Shown here piece by piece: positions 17,926 to 27,922 of a DNA stretch of 64,000 bases. Within the stretch, counting starts at the first letter, position 1. The number at the start of each line of letters is the position of its first letter. The stretch covers positions 165,139 to 229,138 of the forward strand of contig JACQUX010000038.1 in assembly GCA_016210045.1 (NCBI GenBank), written 5' to 3'. The notes under the pieces were generated by a model. It saw only the letters and a list, made by a program, of their open reading frames with translations, was not told the origin of the DNA and did not search any database. Both the position numbers and the translations under genes were made by a program. The stretch is from Deltaproteobacteria bacterium (GTDB lineage: Bacteria > UBA10199 > GCA-002796325 > JACPFF01).

Positions 17926-18861
17926 ATGGGCTTCATTCGTCGGATAATCTGCTGTTTCTTGGCCTGTGCCGTGGGATTTCCCGGATATGCGGCGGCCGCA
18001 GCCGGTCGATTTCGGGTCATGGGGGATGGGGCCCTGACCGGGACGCGGGGGAAGGGAACCGCGACGGTCCGGTATCGCGGTGCCGACGGGCAATACCTGG
18101 CCGAGGGATTACGCACCATCAATAACTTCTTCGGGACCTCCTATGACCGCCCCACCGAGCGGATTGAACTCCGGCTGCTGGAATTGCTCGACGCGGTCCA
18201 AGACCATTTTGGCGGTCGCGCGATCGTGTTGCGATCCGGTTTCCGCAGCCCGTCCGAGAATAATGGCCTGCGGCGACAAGGCAAGCTGGCCGGGCAGTCG
18301 AGCATGCACATCGAGGGAGGCGCGGTGGACTTTCACTTGGCCGGTGTGGCGTCGGCTGAAGTCGCGGCGTATGCCCGCTCGTTGGAAGTGGGCGGCGTGG
18401 GCTATTATCACGGCCGAGAGGTCCACCTCGACACCGGCCCGGTCCGGCAGTGGGACGAACAGACGTCCGGGACCGAGAGTCGGGAGCCGCAGCGGAATGC
18501 CAAGATCATCCTGCAGACCGAATATGACCACTACCGCCCCGGAGAGCCGGTGCGGCTGCGCTGGATGCGGATCACCGAGTTTCCCGTGGCCGTCCCGCTC
18601 CGGGTCACGCTCGAATGTGATCGGGATGGGCGGGCCACGTCGCTGGGAGAGGTGATGCTACAGTACGGCGAAGGGGTGCTGCACCGTAAAGACGGCTGCG
18701 CCGTGCTGGAGACGCGGGCGGCGGCGCGGAGCCCCGTGTGGGTGGCGGCAGTCGGCGACCGGTGTGGGGCCCGGCATCGGCTGCGGGTCCGTTTCTGTGA
18801 ACGGCCGTCGGAAGCGATGCCGGCGGAGGTCACGTCCAATATTTTCCAAATCGATGATTGA
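17926..18861 (+). CDS. YcbK/DUF882 (M15 LAS-type) peptidoglycan peptidase with C-terminal extension
   Basis: SGFRSPSEN, SSMH..GGAVDF and GVGYY..VHLDTG; signal peptide. Start uncertain (17905 or 17926). Confidence 0.82.
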   Translation: MGFIRRIICCFLACAVGFPGYAAAAAGRFRVMGDGALTGTRGKGTATVRYRGADGQYLAEGLRTINNFFGTSYDRPTERIELRLLELLDAVQDHFGGRAIVLRSGFRSPSENNGLRRQGKLAGQSSMHIEGGAVDFHLAGVASAEVAAYARSLEVGGVGYYHGREVHLDTGPVRQWDEQTSGTESREPQRNAKIILQTEYDHYRPGEPVRLRWMRITEFPVAVPLRVTLECDRDGRATSLGEVMLQYGEGVLHRKDGCAVLETRAAARSPVWVAAVGDRCGARHRLRVRFCERPSEAMPAEVTSNIFQIDD

Positions 18862-18886
18862 CTATCTCGGCAGCTTACAGCATAAC
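18858..18886 (+). promoter_or_regulatory. sigma70-like promoter for rho
   Basis: TTGACT-N17-CATAAC followed by a C-rich leader. Confidence 0.55.
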
Positions 18887-19021
18887 CCCGCCCGAATCTG
18901 AATCTGCAGGCCGCCGCACAGACCACCCCGAATGTAGGAATTTCATAACGCCCGACCGACTACGACCACTGCATGCTGCGCCCTCAACTCACTGACCATT
19001 CCCTTAAGGAGGATCTCCCCC

Positions 19022-20272
19022 ATGCATCTCAATGAACTGAAGCGAATGAAATTCGGCGATCTTGTCGAAATGGCCAACGGCTTCCGGGTCGAAAATGCGG
19101 CGGGCATGCGCAAACAAGATCTGATCTTTGCGCTGCTCCAATCGCAGGCCAGCCAAGATAAGGCGATCTACGGCGAAGGCGTCTTGGAAATCCTTCCCGA
19201 CGGGTTCGGTTTCTTGCGCTCCCCCGATTACAGCTATCTCCCCGGTCCCGACGACATCTATGTCTCGCCGTCGCAAATTCGTCGCTTCAGCCTGCGCACC
19301 GGCGATACGGTCGCAGGGGAAATCCGGCCGCCGAAAGAAGGCGAACGCTACTTCGCATTGCTCAAAGTGGAGACGATCAACTTTGAAAGTCCCGAAAAGG
19401 CGAAGACCAAGCTGCTCTTCGACAACTTGACGCCGCTCTATCCGAACCAACGCTTCAAACTCGAGACCAGCGATCCGGAAAATTACTCGATGCGGATCAT
19501 GGAACTGCTGACGCCGCTCGGCAAAGGGCAGCGCAGCCTGATCGTCTCGCCGCCGCGGGCCGGCAAGACCGTGTTGTTGCAAAATATCGCCAACGCGCTG
19601 ACCGGGAACTTCCCCGAAGTGAAACTGATCGTCCTGTTGATCGACGAACGGCCGGAAGAAGTGACCGACATGCAGCGCTCCGTGAAGGGCGAAGTCGTCA
19701 GTTCCACCTTCGATGAACAGGCCTCGCGGCACGTGCAGGTCGCCGAAATGGTCATCGAAAAGGCGAAGCGGTTAGTGGAACACCAACACGACGTGGTCAT
19801 TTTGCTCGACAGCATCACCCGGCTGGCGCGCGCGTACAACACCGTGGTCCCGCCGTCGGGCAAGATCCTCTCCGGCGGCGTCGACGCCAATGCGTTGCAC
19901 AAACCGAAGCGCTTCTTCGGCGCGGCTCGGAACGTGGAAGAGGGCGGCAGCCTCACCATCATCGGGACCGCGTTGATCGACACCGGGAGCCGGATGGACG
20001 AAGTCATCTTCGAAGAATTCAAGGGCACCGGCAACATGGAAATCCACCTCGATCGCCGGCTGATGGAAAAGCGGATCTTCCCGTGCATGGACATTAATAA
20101 GTCCGGCACGCGGAAGGAAGAACTGCTGCTGGAAGATGGCGTGTTGAAGCGTGTCTGGGTATTGCGCAAACTGTTGCAACCGCTGAATCCGATCGACTCG
20201 ATGGAATTCCTGCTCGATAAAATGGGTCATACGAAGAATAATCGCGAATTCCTGGATAGCATGAACAAGTAG
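19022..20272 (+). CDS. rho: Transcription termination factor Rho
   Basis: [35 protein letters not shown] and FKGTGNME. Confidence 0.99.
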   Translation: MHLNELKRMKFGDLVEMANGFRVENAAGMRKQDLIFALLQSQASQDKAIYGEGVLEILPDGFGFLRSPDYSYLPGPDDIYVSPSQIRRFSLRTGDTVAGEIRPPKEGERYFALLKVETINFESPEKAKTKLLFDNLTPLYPNQRFKLETSDPENYSMRIMELLTPLGKGQRSLIVSPPRAGKTVLLQNIANALTGNFPEVKLIVLLIDERPEEVTDMQRSVKGEVVSSTFDEQASRHVQVAEMVIEKAKRLVEHQHDVVILLDSITRLARAYNTVVPPSGKILSGGVDANALHKPKRFFGAARNVEEGGSLTIIGTALIDTGSRMDEVIFEEFKGTGNMEIHLDRRLMEKRIFPCMDINKSGTRKEELLLEDGVLKRVWVLRKLLQPLNPIDSMEFLLDKMGHTKNNREFLDSMNK

Positions 20273-20279
20273 GAGTGGT

Positions 20280-20885
20280 ATGGCAATCACTGCCCTGTGT
20301 CGTTGGCTGAAAGGGTCGACGCGCAAAGTCGGCGCGCCTGCTACAGCGCGTGTGTCGCGTCCTGTGGCGCAGCACTTTGGCACGCTGGAGCGGTTTGCGC
20401 AACGGCCGACGCCGTACCAATTCGGCCGCGACCGAGAGGCGTTGCAGCTTGTCGAGTTGGCGTGGGGCGTTGTTAGCGAGCACGACATGCTCATGAATGC
20501 TCGGCGCACGGCCGGCAAGAATATAGAGTTGATCCGTGATTGTGAGCGGCGTTGGTGTCGTGCGATCCGCAGTTTTGCTGAATATGCGGTCCCTCGTTTC
20601 CCTGACACGATGGCGCGGGTGGCCGTACTCTCATCCTTCCAACAGCAGGGATTTCAAGCGGCATTGCCGTTTGGCGTGTTCGCGATCGCGGCACGGCGTG
20701 GCGACGTCGATTTCGTCGTCAGTGCATATCCGCTCGCGGCCGGGGCGCGCGAAGTACTCGCGATCCGCGCGGGTGGAACGGCGCTGGAAATTCTCGACGA
20801 GGCCGACTTGGAGCCGGAAGCCGATTGGTTGAATGATCTCCTCGGGGCGACCACCCTCGTGGTCGCAGCGCGCGACGCGGCGTAA
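20280..20885 (+). CDS. Hypothetical protein directly downstream of rho
   Basis: 201-aa ORF with AGGAG RBS overlapping the rho stop. Confidence 0.6.
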   Translation: MAITALCRWLKGSTRKVGAPATARVSRPVAQHFGTLERFAQRPTPYQFGRDREALQLVELAWGVVSEHDMLMNARRTAGKNIELIRDCERRWCRAIRSFAEYAVPRFPDTMARVAVLSSFQQQGFQAALPFGVFAIAARRGDVDFVVSAYPLAAGAREVLAIRAGGTALEILDEADLEPEADWLNDLLGATTLVVAARDAA

Positions 20886-20898
20886 AGTCGTCGTGTTG

Positions 20899-21651
20899 TC
20901 ATTTTGGCAACACGACGACTGCATCGGTGATCGCACTCAAATTCGGGATGTGGAGCTGAAAGCGGCCTAAGCGGGTAAAGAGTTGGGCGGAACGGCCACC
21001 GTCCAAGTTGAGCGCCGACCGACAGCCGAGCCCGCCCTGTTTTTCGGTGCGCCGGAACAAATCGGCTAGCGTGGCCGTTTCCATCGGCGCGTGTTCCGTG
21101 ATCGCCACGACAACTTTCCCCTGCGGCGTGATCCCGAGCGCGGAACGGTCATCGGTGCCGGGCCGCAGCGGAGGAAGGGCGCCATCCACCAGCAGGCGCG
21201 GTCCTGCTTGCACGGCCATCGTCGGATTCGTGTCGGGACGAAAATCGCGTTGCGCCACGATGCGTGGTTGATGGCCGTGGATTGCAAAAACACCCCACCA
21301 ACTGGTGTTCTTGAGCGGCGAGCGAATCTTGCCGCCTTGAATCCGGAGCCCCAACGGTTCCAGTTCCGGCGAAAAAAACCCGCCGTTGATCGCGAGCAGT
21401 GCCTTCGAGCGCTCCGCCAATTCGCGGACCGAGGTGCTCTTTTGGGAAAAATCTTTGGCGAGCGCGACGCTGAAGCGATACTTCGCCGGATCGATCCGAA
21501 ACGCGTGGACGTAACTTTCGGTATTGGGTCCCGCCGCCGCGAGCTTGGCATATTCAAACCCCGGCGCGAGCGTCATCCACGTCGTCGGCGCCGCAATCGC
21601 CGGCGTGATACGGAGACAGAAGAGGCAGAGGATGAGTGCTCGAAGGCGCAT
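20899..21651 (-). CDS. Phosphodiester glycosidase family (NAGPA/DUF2233) protein
   Basis: Signal peptide, AINGGFF, QAGPRLL, RSALG and ALNLDGG. Confidence 0.87.
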   Translation of the reverse strand: MRLRALILCLFCLRITPAIAAPTTWMTLAPGFEYAKLAAAGPNTESYVHAFRIDPAKYRFSVALAKDFSQKSTSVRELAERSKALLAINGGFFSPELEPLGLRIQGGKIRSPLKNTSWWGVFAIHGHQPRIVAQRDFRPDTNPTMAVQAGPRLLVDGALPPLRPGTDDRSALGITPQGKVVVAITEHAPMETATLADLFRRTEKQGGLGCRSALNLDGGRSAQLFTRLGRFQLHIPNLSAITDAVVVLPK

Positions 21652-21660
21652 ATGTTAAGG

Positions 21661-21730
21661 GGTGACTGGTGGCTAGTGGCTGGTGATACGTGGTCCGTTC
21701 CCCAGTCACCAGCCACCAGTCACCAGTCAC
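21661..21730. repeat. Inverted pair of heptamer tandem arrays
   Basis: ggtgact ggtggct agtggct ... ccagtca ccagcca ccagtca ccagtca. Confidence 0.8.
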
Positions 21731-21733
21731 GAT

Positions 21734-22789
21734 TCACCGCACATCCACCACCGCTCCGTCTTGCAGCCCTTCCGCCCCTTTGACGACCACTAAATCGCCG
21801 CTGTGCACGCCGCTGGCCAGCGTGGCTTCTTCGTCGTCGATCCCTTTCACGACGACCGGCTGCAGCCGGGCGACGCCGCTTTGGATGATATAGACATGGG
21901 GTCGCCCGTTTTTCAACGTGAGCGCTGAGGCCGGGACGAGAAAAATATCGTGGACCTTGGTCGTGCGGAAATCCGCGAACGCGCGCATTCCGATTTTCAG
22001 CGCCGCGAGTGGATTGGGCAGCGCCGCCCAAACGGCGAATGTGGAGCCCGGCATTTCCAGGCTGGGCCCGACGAAGCGGACGGTGGCCTCGAAAGTCTCT
22101 CCGGGAAGTTCTTCGATCCGAATTCGGACCGAGTCGCCAGGCGCGATCGATCCGGCTTCGTCGGCCGTGAGATGGAATTGCGCGAGCAGCGGATCCGGCG
22201 CGACGATTTCCAGCGCCGGCACGCCGGCGGCGAGGTTTTGGCCGACGCTCGCGCCGCGCCGCACCACCATCCCGCCGATTGGACTCGAGACGGTGCCCGC
22301 GGCCAGTTCCTGTTCCAACGCGGCGATCTCTGCGTCGGTGCGTTCGGCGCGCGCCGCACTCAGTTCGACCTCTTTCTCCACGCCGGCGTACTGCAGATCG
22401 TCCATTTTTTTCTCGTCCCGCAACTTGTCCCGATTCTCCAACAAATAGCGGTTCCGGTCGAATTCGGCCGCCGCCTCGCGGCGCGTCGCGCGCAATTGTG
22501 CCAACGCCGATTGGCGCGTGCTCAGATCGAGACTCACGATGGGATCGCCTTTATTGACGACGTCCCCTTCGGTCACAAATATTTTTTCGATGCGCACTTC
22601 GCGAGGAAAAGAAATTTCCGCGCGGTCACTGGCCGCCAACGTGGCCGGAGCGGTAATTTGCGGACTGGCCTGGCGCGATTCCACGGTGGCGACGACGACC
22701 GATTGCCCGATCCCGTGTCCTTTGAACAGACGACCGCACGCCGCCGTCCCCACGGCCACACTCAACACCATGCAGAGCCCCCGCTGCAT
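21734..22789 (-). CDS. Efflux RND transporter periplasmic adaptor (MFP) lipoprotein
   Basis: Lipobox TAAC, VTEGDVVNKGD, coiled coil, SSPIGG and LKIGM. Confidence 0.85.
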   Translation of the reverse strand: MQRGLCMVLSVAVGTAACGRLFKGHGIGQSVVVATVESRQASPQITAPATLAASDRAEISFPREVRIEKIFVTEGDVVNKGDPIVSLDLSTRQSALAQLRATRREAAAEFDRNRYLLENRDKLRDEKKMDDLQYAGVEKEVELSAARAERTDAEIAALEQELAAGTVSSPIGGMVVRRGASVGQNLAAGVPALEIVAPDPLLAQFHLTADEAGSIAPGDSVRIRIEELPGETFEATVRFVGPSLEMPGSTFAVWAALPNPLAALKIGMRAFADFRTTKVHDIFLVPASALTLKNGRPHVYIIQSGVARLQPVVVKGIDDEEATLASGVHSGDLVVVKGAEGLQDGAVVDVR

Positions 22790-22846
22790 GGGCCGGTCAT
22801 AGAGGGTCGAGCGAGTGGGGTCAAGGGGGAGAGGGGGCTTTTGTGC

Positions 22847-24577
22847 TTACCGTGTGGATGGCGACGTGCGTGACGCCGGGAGGGTTGTTCCGGCCGGCAT
22901 CGATTCGGTATTGGCAGGAGTGATGGCGCGTTCCATCGGCTGCGTCGCCAGTGGCGATGGGTCGATGGCGCCGCACAGCCGCGTGTTGAGCGGGGCGCCA
23001 AGAGTGCCCGCGGCGCAGCGTTCCACACGCGTGGGAGCGTTGCCGCCGCCGCATTTGGAGCAATCGCAGGCGTTGTGGCCGTCGGGTGAGGGGATGTCGG
23101 TCGGGGCTTGCTCGTTGCAGCAGATCGGGCAGTCGGAGTTTGTCCCGCCTGCGTCTCCGCTGGTCCCGCCGTTTCCCGCGTTCGCGCTGGTTCCCTCGGC
23201 ACGATCCCCACCCTCACCTGGATTGCAACCACAGGTCATCGGTCCACTGGGCGTCGGAAGCGGCATCCCAGGCGTCATGATGGGTGCTTGCTTGCCGGCG
23301 TTTTGCAGTGCGCAGGAGGCAACGGGATCGATCAGCGGCGCCTTAGCGGCGAAGCACCCATACGTGATCGTCGCGACGGCCTGACGGCACCAATTGGCGG
23401 TCTCTGCATCGGGCGTTGGTGAAAACGTGCCGAGCAGTCCGACTTCCGCGTGTCCGAAGCCGACGCCCTCGCCCCCGACATGCACGCTCCCCGAATGATA
23501 CACGCCGAGACCGAGTTCTCCGCCGACGTTTTTGGTGATCCCGCCGCCGCCTCCATACGTCCCGTCGGGATTTTTTCCACCCCATCCGCCGATGGTCGAT
23601 CCTCCTTTGGTCGTGTACCAAATTTCGCCACGCTGCTTGTTCTTGCCGTTCGGATTTTCCGGAGGCTTCGGCGTTGATCCCGGCGGGAGCGGGATCTCCA
23701 CAGGGGGCGCCTCGATCGGTTTCCCCACCCCCTGATTCGGTGTGGTGTAGTCGTTTGGATCTTCCGCCGTCGCAGGAGGCGCTGCTTGATTGCCGCCTTC
23801 CGGTTTTTCAGGCTTGGCGGTCTGTTCGCGAGGAGCCGCGCCCGGATCCTCGGCACTCGTTCCCGGCGCTGTGCTTGGAGCCTCTGCTGCCTGCTCGTTC
23901 GGTGTCGCCGCCCCGCCGAACAGCTTCGTGGGATCCACAGTCAGGCATTTGGCAGAAAGCGCCTCCATCCCTTCCACGCCCTTGGTGAGTGGCGGTTGTC
24001 CGGAGACTGTGCCGTTGCTTGCGCGTCCGGGCGTATATTCCTCGCCCGGCGGTTGCAATTGGCCGAAGTCGCAAAAAGGGTTCACCGCGCCGCTTTCCGG
24101 GCACGCACCGGGCTCCGCAATGTTCATCATCGGCTGAGTGAGCGGGCCGCCGCTCAGTGCCGCAGTCTTGTCGAGCATGGCCGCAAACGTCGCGGGACCG
24201 GTGTCTTCCATGGCTTCGATCATGGAGCGTTCCGCCAGACACCACCACCCCACGACGGCCGGTGTCGGTGTCTGGAGGGTATTCAGCTGCGCGGGGAGGG
24301 AAAGGGTCGAGCCGATCTGTTGCGCGGTGAACGTCTGTTGTAGCGTATTACATTGCTGTAAGGTCATCGTGATCGATTGCGCGCAGGTCTCCGTGAGTCC
24401 GTTGGGGCAAAGGTGGGTGGCCATTTGGGAACGAATCAGCTGCTCGTTGGTCGGCGGCGTAGGGTCCGCCGCCCCGTACAGCCACTGCCAGGCCAAGTTC
24501 CGTGTCGCCGCAGGGCGCGCCGCAGTCAGCCCAAGGCACAGCAACAGCAAAGAACCACGAAGACGAGTCCAGACCAT
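22847..24577 (-). CDS. Secreted Cys-, Pro- and Gly-rich hypothetical protein
   Basis: Signal-like N-terminus from ATG 24577, many Cys, Pro-rich linker and Gly-rich segment. Confidence 0.65.
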   Translation of the reverse strand: MVWTRLRGSLLLLCLGLTAARPAATRNLAWQWLYGAADPTPPTNEQLIRSQMATHLCPNGLTETCAQSITMTLQQCNTLQQTFTAQQIGSTLSLPAQLNTLQTPTPAVVGWWCLAERSMIEAMEDTGPATFAAMLDKTAALSGGPLTQPMMNIAEPGACPESGAVNPFCDFGQLQPPGEEYTPGRASNGTVSGQPPLTKGVEGMEALSAKCLTVDPTKLFGGAATPNEQAAEAPSTAPGTSAEDPGAAPREQTAKPEKPEGGNQAAPPATAEDPNDYTTPNQGVGKPIEAPPVEIPLPPGSTPKPPENPNGKNKQRGEIWYTTKGGSTIGGWGGKNPDGTYGGGGGITKNVGGELGLGVYHSGSVHVGGEGVGFGHAEVGLLGTFSPTPDAETANWCRQAVATITYGCFAAKAPLIDPVASCALQNAGKQAPIMTPGMPLPTPSGPMTCGCNPGEGGDRAEGTSANAGNGGTSGDAGGTNSDCPICCNEQAPTDIPSPDGHNACDCSKCGGGNAPTRVERCAAGTLGAPLNTRLCGAIDPSPLATQPMERAITPANTESMPAGTTLPASRTSPSTR

Positions 24578-24678
24578 ACCCAAAGAATTATCGGTGATTC
24601 GTTGTCGGGTGTCGAGATTTCTCTCGAGCCGTTGCACCATCTTGACACGCGCGGCGAAACTTATCATATACGGCGCCC

Positions 24679-25605
24679 ATGATTGAGGTCCGGAATATTG
24701 CGAAGGCGTTCGGTGCGATTCGGGCGGTGCAGGATATCTCGTGTACCATCCAACGCGGCGAAGTGGTCGGATTGCTCGGGCCCAACGGCGCCGGCAAATC
24801 CACGACCATGCGCATGATGACGGGCTATTTGCAGCCGGACGCCGGGGTCGTGCGGATCGGCGGGATCGACGTGGCCACCGATCCGCTCGGCGCGCGCGCC
24901 TTGATCGGCTATCTCCCGGAGAGTGCGCCGTTGTATCACGACATGGAAGTGACCGATTTTCTCGACTACATCGCAGCGCTACGCAAACTCGCCGCCCCGG
25001 TGCGGCGGGAACGGATCCGCGAGATGGTCGAACTGTGCGGGCTGAAGAGCGTGGTCGGGCGACCGATCGCGGAATTATCGAAGGGATATCGCCAACGCGT
25101 CGGCTTGGCCGCCGCGATGCTCCCCCACCCGCCGGTCCTGATCCTCGACGAACCGACCACCGGCCTCGATCCGAATCAAATTCAGGAAATCCGCGACGTG
25201 ATCCGCAACATCGGCCGCGAACGCACGGTCGTACTCAGCACGCATATCATGCAGGAAGTCGAAGCGGTCTGTAGTCGCGCGCTGATCATCCATCGCGGCC
25301 AATTGGCCGGCGAAGGAAGTCTGGCCGAATTAGTGAACCAACAATCGGGGCAAGTCCGGTTCGCGATGCTCGTGAATGCGGCGGAAGGGATGTTGCGGGA
25401 GCGCGCGCGCCAATTCAATCAGGGGAGTCTCGTGACGTGTCGTCGGCTGGACGGCGAATGGCATGAAGCGGTGTTCACGGCGCACGGCGGTGTGGCGGGC
25501 GAGGATCTGTTTCAATGGGTGGTCGCGAACGGCTGGCGATTGCGGGAATTGCGGCGCGAGGCGGTCAGTCTGGAAGACGTCTTCCGGGAGTTGACACGGC
25601 AATGA
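24679..25605 (+). CDS. ABC transporter ATP-binding protein (GldA-like)
   Basis: GPNGAGKST, LSKGYRQRVG, ILDEPTTGLDP and LSTH. Confidence 0.93.
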   Translation: MIEVRNIAKAFGAIRAVQDISCTIQRGEVVGLLGPNGAGKSTTMRMMTGYLQPDAGVVRIGGIDVATDPLGARALIGYLPESAPLYHDMEVTDFLDYIAALRKLAAPVRRERIREMVELCGLKSVVGRPIAELSKGYRQRVGLAAAMLPHPPVLILDEPTTGLDPNQIQEIRDVIRNIGRERTVVLSTHIMQEVEAVCSRALIIHRGQLAGEGSLAELVNQQSGQVRFAMLVNAAEGMLRERARQFNQGSLVTCRRLDGEWHEAVFTAHGGVAGEDLFQWVVANGWRLRELRREAVSLEDVFRELTRQ

Positions 25606-26312
25606 ACACGGTGCTCACCATCGCACGGCGGGAGTGGCTCGCGTATTTTCGCTCGCCGATCGCGTATGTTTTTTTGGTCACGTATTTAGCGCTGACCGCC
25701 TTTCTCTTCTTCCGCAGTTTTTTCCTGATCGGCGAAGCGGAACTGCGCCCGTTCTTCATGCTGATGCCGTGGATCTTCCTCTTTTATGTCCCGGCCGTGG
25801 CGATGGGGAAGTGGGCGGAAGAGCGGAAACAAGGGACGTTGGAACTCCTGCTCACGTTGCCGGTCGCGGATCGGGACGTGGTGTTGGGCAAATTTTTCGC
25901 CGGACTCGGCTTAATCGCCGCCGCGCTGCTGTGCACCTTCCCAATGACCTTCACGGTCTCGTTGCTCGGGACGCTCGATTGGGGCGCAGTCTGTGGGGCC
26001 TACCTCGGGCTGCTCTGCCTCGGTGGCGCGTATTTAGCGGTCGGGCTGGTCGTCTCGAGCCTCACGCAAAACCAGATCGTCGCGTTCATCATCGCGGTCG
26101 TGGCCTGTTTCTTGTTGCTCGTGATCGGCGAACCGATCTTCACCGTGGCCATGCCGCAGGGCGTGGTCCCGTTTTTCCAATATTTGGGCCTGGGGTATCA
26201 TTTCGAATCGATCGGCCGCGGCGTGATCGACACCCGCGACGTGGTCTATTACGTCTCGCTGATCGGATTCTTTTTGTGGGTGAATTGGCAAATCATTTTG
26301 AAGCGTAGATAA
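25602..26312 (+). CDS. ABC-2 permease (GldF-like)
   Basis: YFRSPIAYV, EERKQGTLELLLTLP and SSLTQNQIVAF. Confidence 0.9.
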   Translation: MNTVLTIARREWLAYFRSPIAYVFLVTYLALTAFLFFRSFFLIGEAELRPFFMLMPWIFLFYVPAVAMGKWAEERKQGTLELLLTLPVADRDVVLGKFFAGLGLIAAALLCTFPMTFTVSLLGTLDWGAVCGAYLGLLCLGGAYLAVGLVVSSLTQNQIVAFIIAVVACFLLLVIGEPIFTVAMPQGVVPFFQYLGLGYHFESIGRGVIDTRDVVYYVSLIGFFLWVNWQIILKRR

Positions 26313-26317
26313 CGATT

Positions 26318-27919
26318 ATGAAACGATCGGCTCCTATTAGCGGTGTGGCGATTGTCCTGACGCTGCTCGTGGTCAATTTCTTGGCGAGTAGGCATTTCGC
26401 GCGACTCGATCTGACCGCGAATCGCGAATATACGCTGGCTGCGGCCACGAAAGAGACGCTGCGCGGTTTGCAAGACGTGATCACGATCCGCGAATATTTC
26501 AGCCGGGATCTGCCGCCGCAGCTGACGTCGATCAAGCGCGGTGTTACGGACATTCTCGGCGAATACCAACGCTATGGCGCGGAGAATATCCAAGTCGAAG
26601 TCCTCGATCCGCAGGCCAATCCGCAGACCGAACGCGAAGTGATGATCCTCGGGATCAACCCGCTGGAAGTGAATGTGGTCAAGAAAGACAAGCAGGAATT
26701 GGCGCGCGTCTTCATGGGCCTCGTGTTGTTGTACGGCGACGACAAAGAAATCATTCAAATCGACCCGCGCGAGCCGACGCGTCATTTGGAAGAATGGCTG
26801 ACCGGCGGGATCGTGAAGCTGACGCGGGACAAACAACCGAAGATCGGTTGGGCGGCGCCGACCACGCGGCCGGAAGGCTCCGGATTCAACATCGCGCGTA
26901 AGTTCTTAGAAGAACGCTACGGCGTGGAGAACATCGACGCCAAGTCGCCGCAACTCGACCCGACGAAACTCGACGCGGTCGTGCTGGTCTCTCCGCAAGA
27001 CGCGACGCCGGAGCTGCCGTACGCGCTCGATCAATATCTCGGCGCCGGCGGAAAAGTCGTGTTGTTCCTCGACCGCGTGCAAGTCGAAGAACGCGGCTTT
27101 AGCGGGACCAAGCAGGCGTCCGGATTGGAACCGCTCTTGGAGGCCTATGGCGTGCAGAGCACCGGCAAGCTCGTCGCCGATGCCTCGGCGAATTATGCCT
27201 CGTTCCAATCGCAGATGTTATCGCAGATGTTCACGTACACCGTGCCGTATCCCTTTTGGCCGGCATTGCGCGGCGCCGGCCTGGACCGCGAGCATCCGGT
27301 CGTGAGCAAATTGGAACTCTTGACGTTGCCGTGGGCGACTGCGCTCGAAGTAGCGGCGACCGTCCCGGCGGGGCTGACGGCGAAGGTGTTGGCGCGGACT
27401 TCACCGAAGAGCGGGTTGTTGGCGGGCGAGCCGCCGTACACGCTCGATCCGGAGTCAGCCGCCGGCGCGATTCCGGCCAATCCCGGCGCCGGGTTCCCAT
27501 TGATTGTCGCCGTGGATGGCCAATTTCCGGATGCGTTCGCGGCCGGAGGATTGGCACGACCGGTCTCTGCGGAAGGAAAACCCGCACTGCCGCGCGGGAC
27601 GACGCCGGGCCGCCTGATTGTGATCGGGACCGCGCATTTGTTGGAAGATCGTTTCGTCGGACAGCGCCAATTCGCCGAAGGTGTCGCGTTTTTTGCCAAC
27701 GTGATCGATCACTGCACGATCGGCGACGCGTTGATCGGGATCCGTTCTCGTCCCGTCACCGCGCGACCGATCAGCCGCGATTTTTCCGAAGCGGATCGCG
27801 CGCTGATTCGCTATGCGAACTTGATCGGCGTGCCGTTGTTAGTGGTCGGCGCCGGGTTGTTCTGCCTGGCGCTGCGCCGCAAACGCTGGGCCGCGCTGCG
27901 CGCCGTGTACGGGCAATAA
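26318..27919 (+). CDS. GldG family ABC auxiliary protein
   Basis: RLDLTANREYTL, ALDQYLGAGG and LIGIRSR; N- and C-terminal TM segments. Confidence 0.87.
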   Translation: MKRSAPISGVAIVLTLLVVNFLASRHFARLDLTANREYTLAAATKETLRGLQDVITIREYFSRDLPPQLTSIKRGVTDILGEYQRYGAENIQVEVLDPQANPQTEREVMILGINPLEVNVVKKDKQELARVFMGLVLLYGDDKEIIQIDPREPTRHLEEWLTGGIVKLTRDKQPKIGWAAPTTRPEGSGFNIARKFLEERYGVENIDAKSPQLDPTKLDAVVLVSPQDATPELPYALDQYLGAGGKVVLFLDRVQVEERGFSGTKQASGLEPLLEAYGVQSTGKLVADASANYASFQSQMLSQMFTYTVPYPFWPALRGAGLDREHPVVSKLELLTLPWATALEVAATVPAGLTAKVLARTSPKSGLLAGEPPYTLDPESAAGAIPANPGAGFPLIVAVDGQFPDAFAAGGLARPVSAEGKPALPRGTTPGRLIVIGTAHLLEDRFVGQRQFAEGVAFFANVIDHCTIGDALIGIRSRPVTARPISRDFSEADRALIRYANLIGVPLLVVGAGLFCLALRRKRWAALRAVYGQ

Positions 27920-27922
27920 CGT

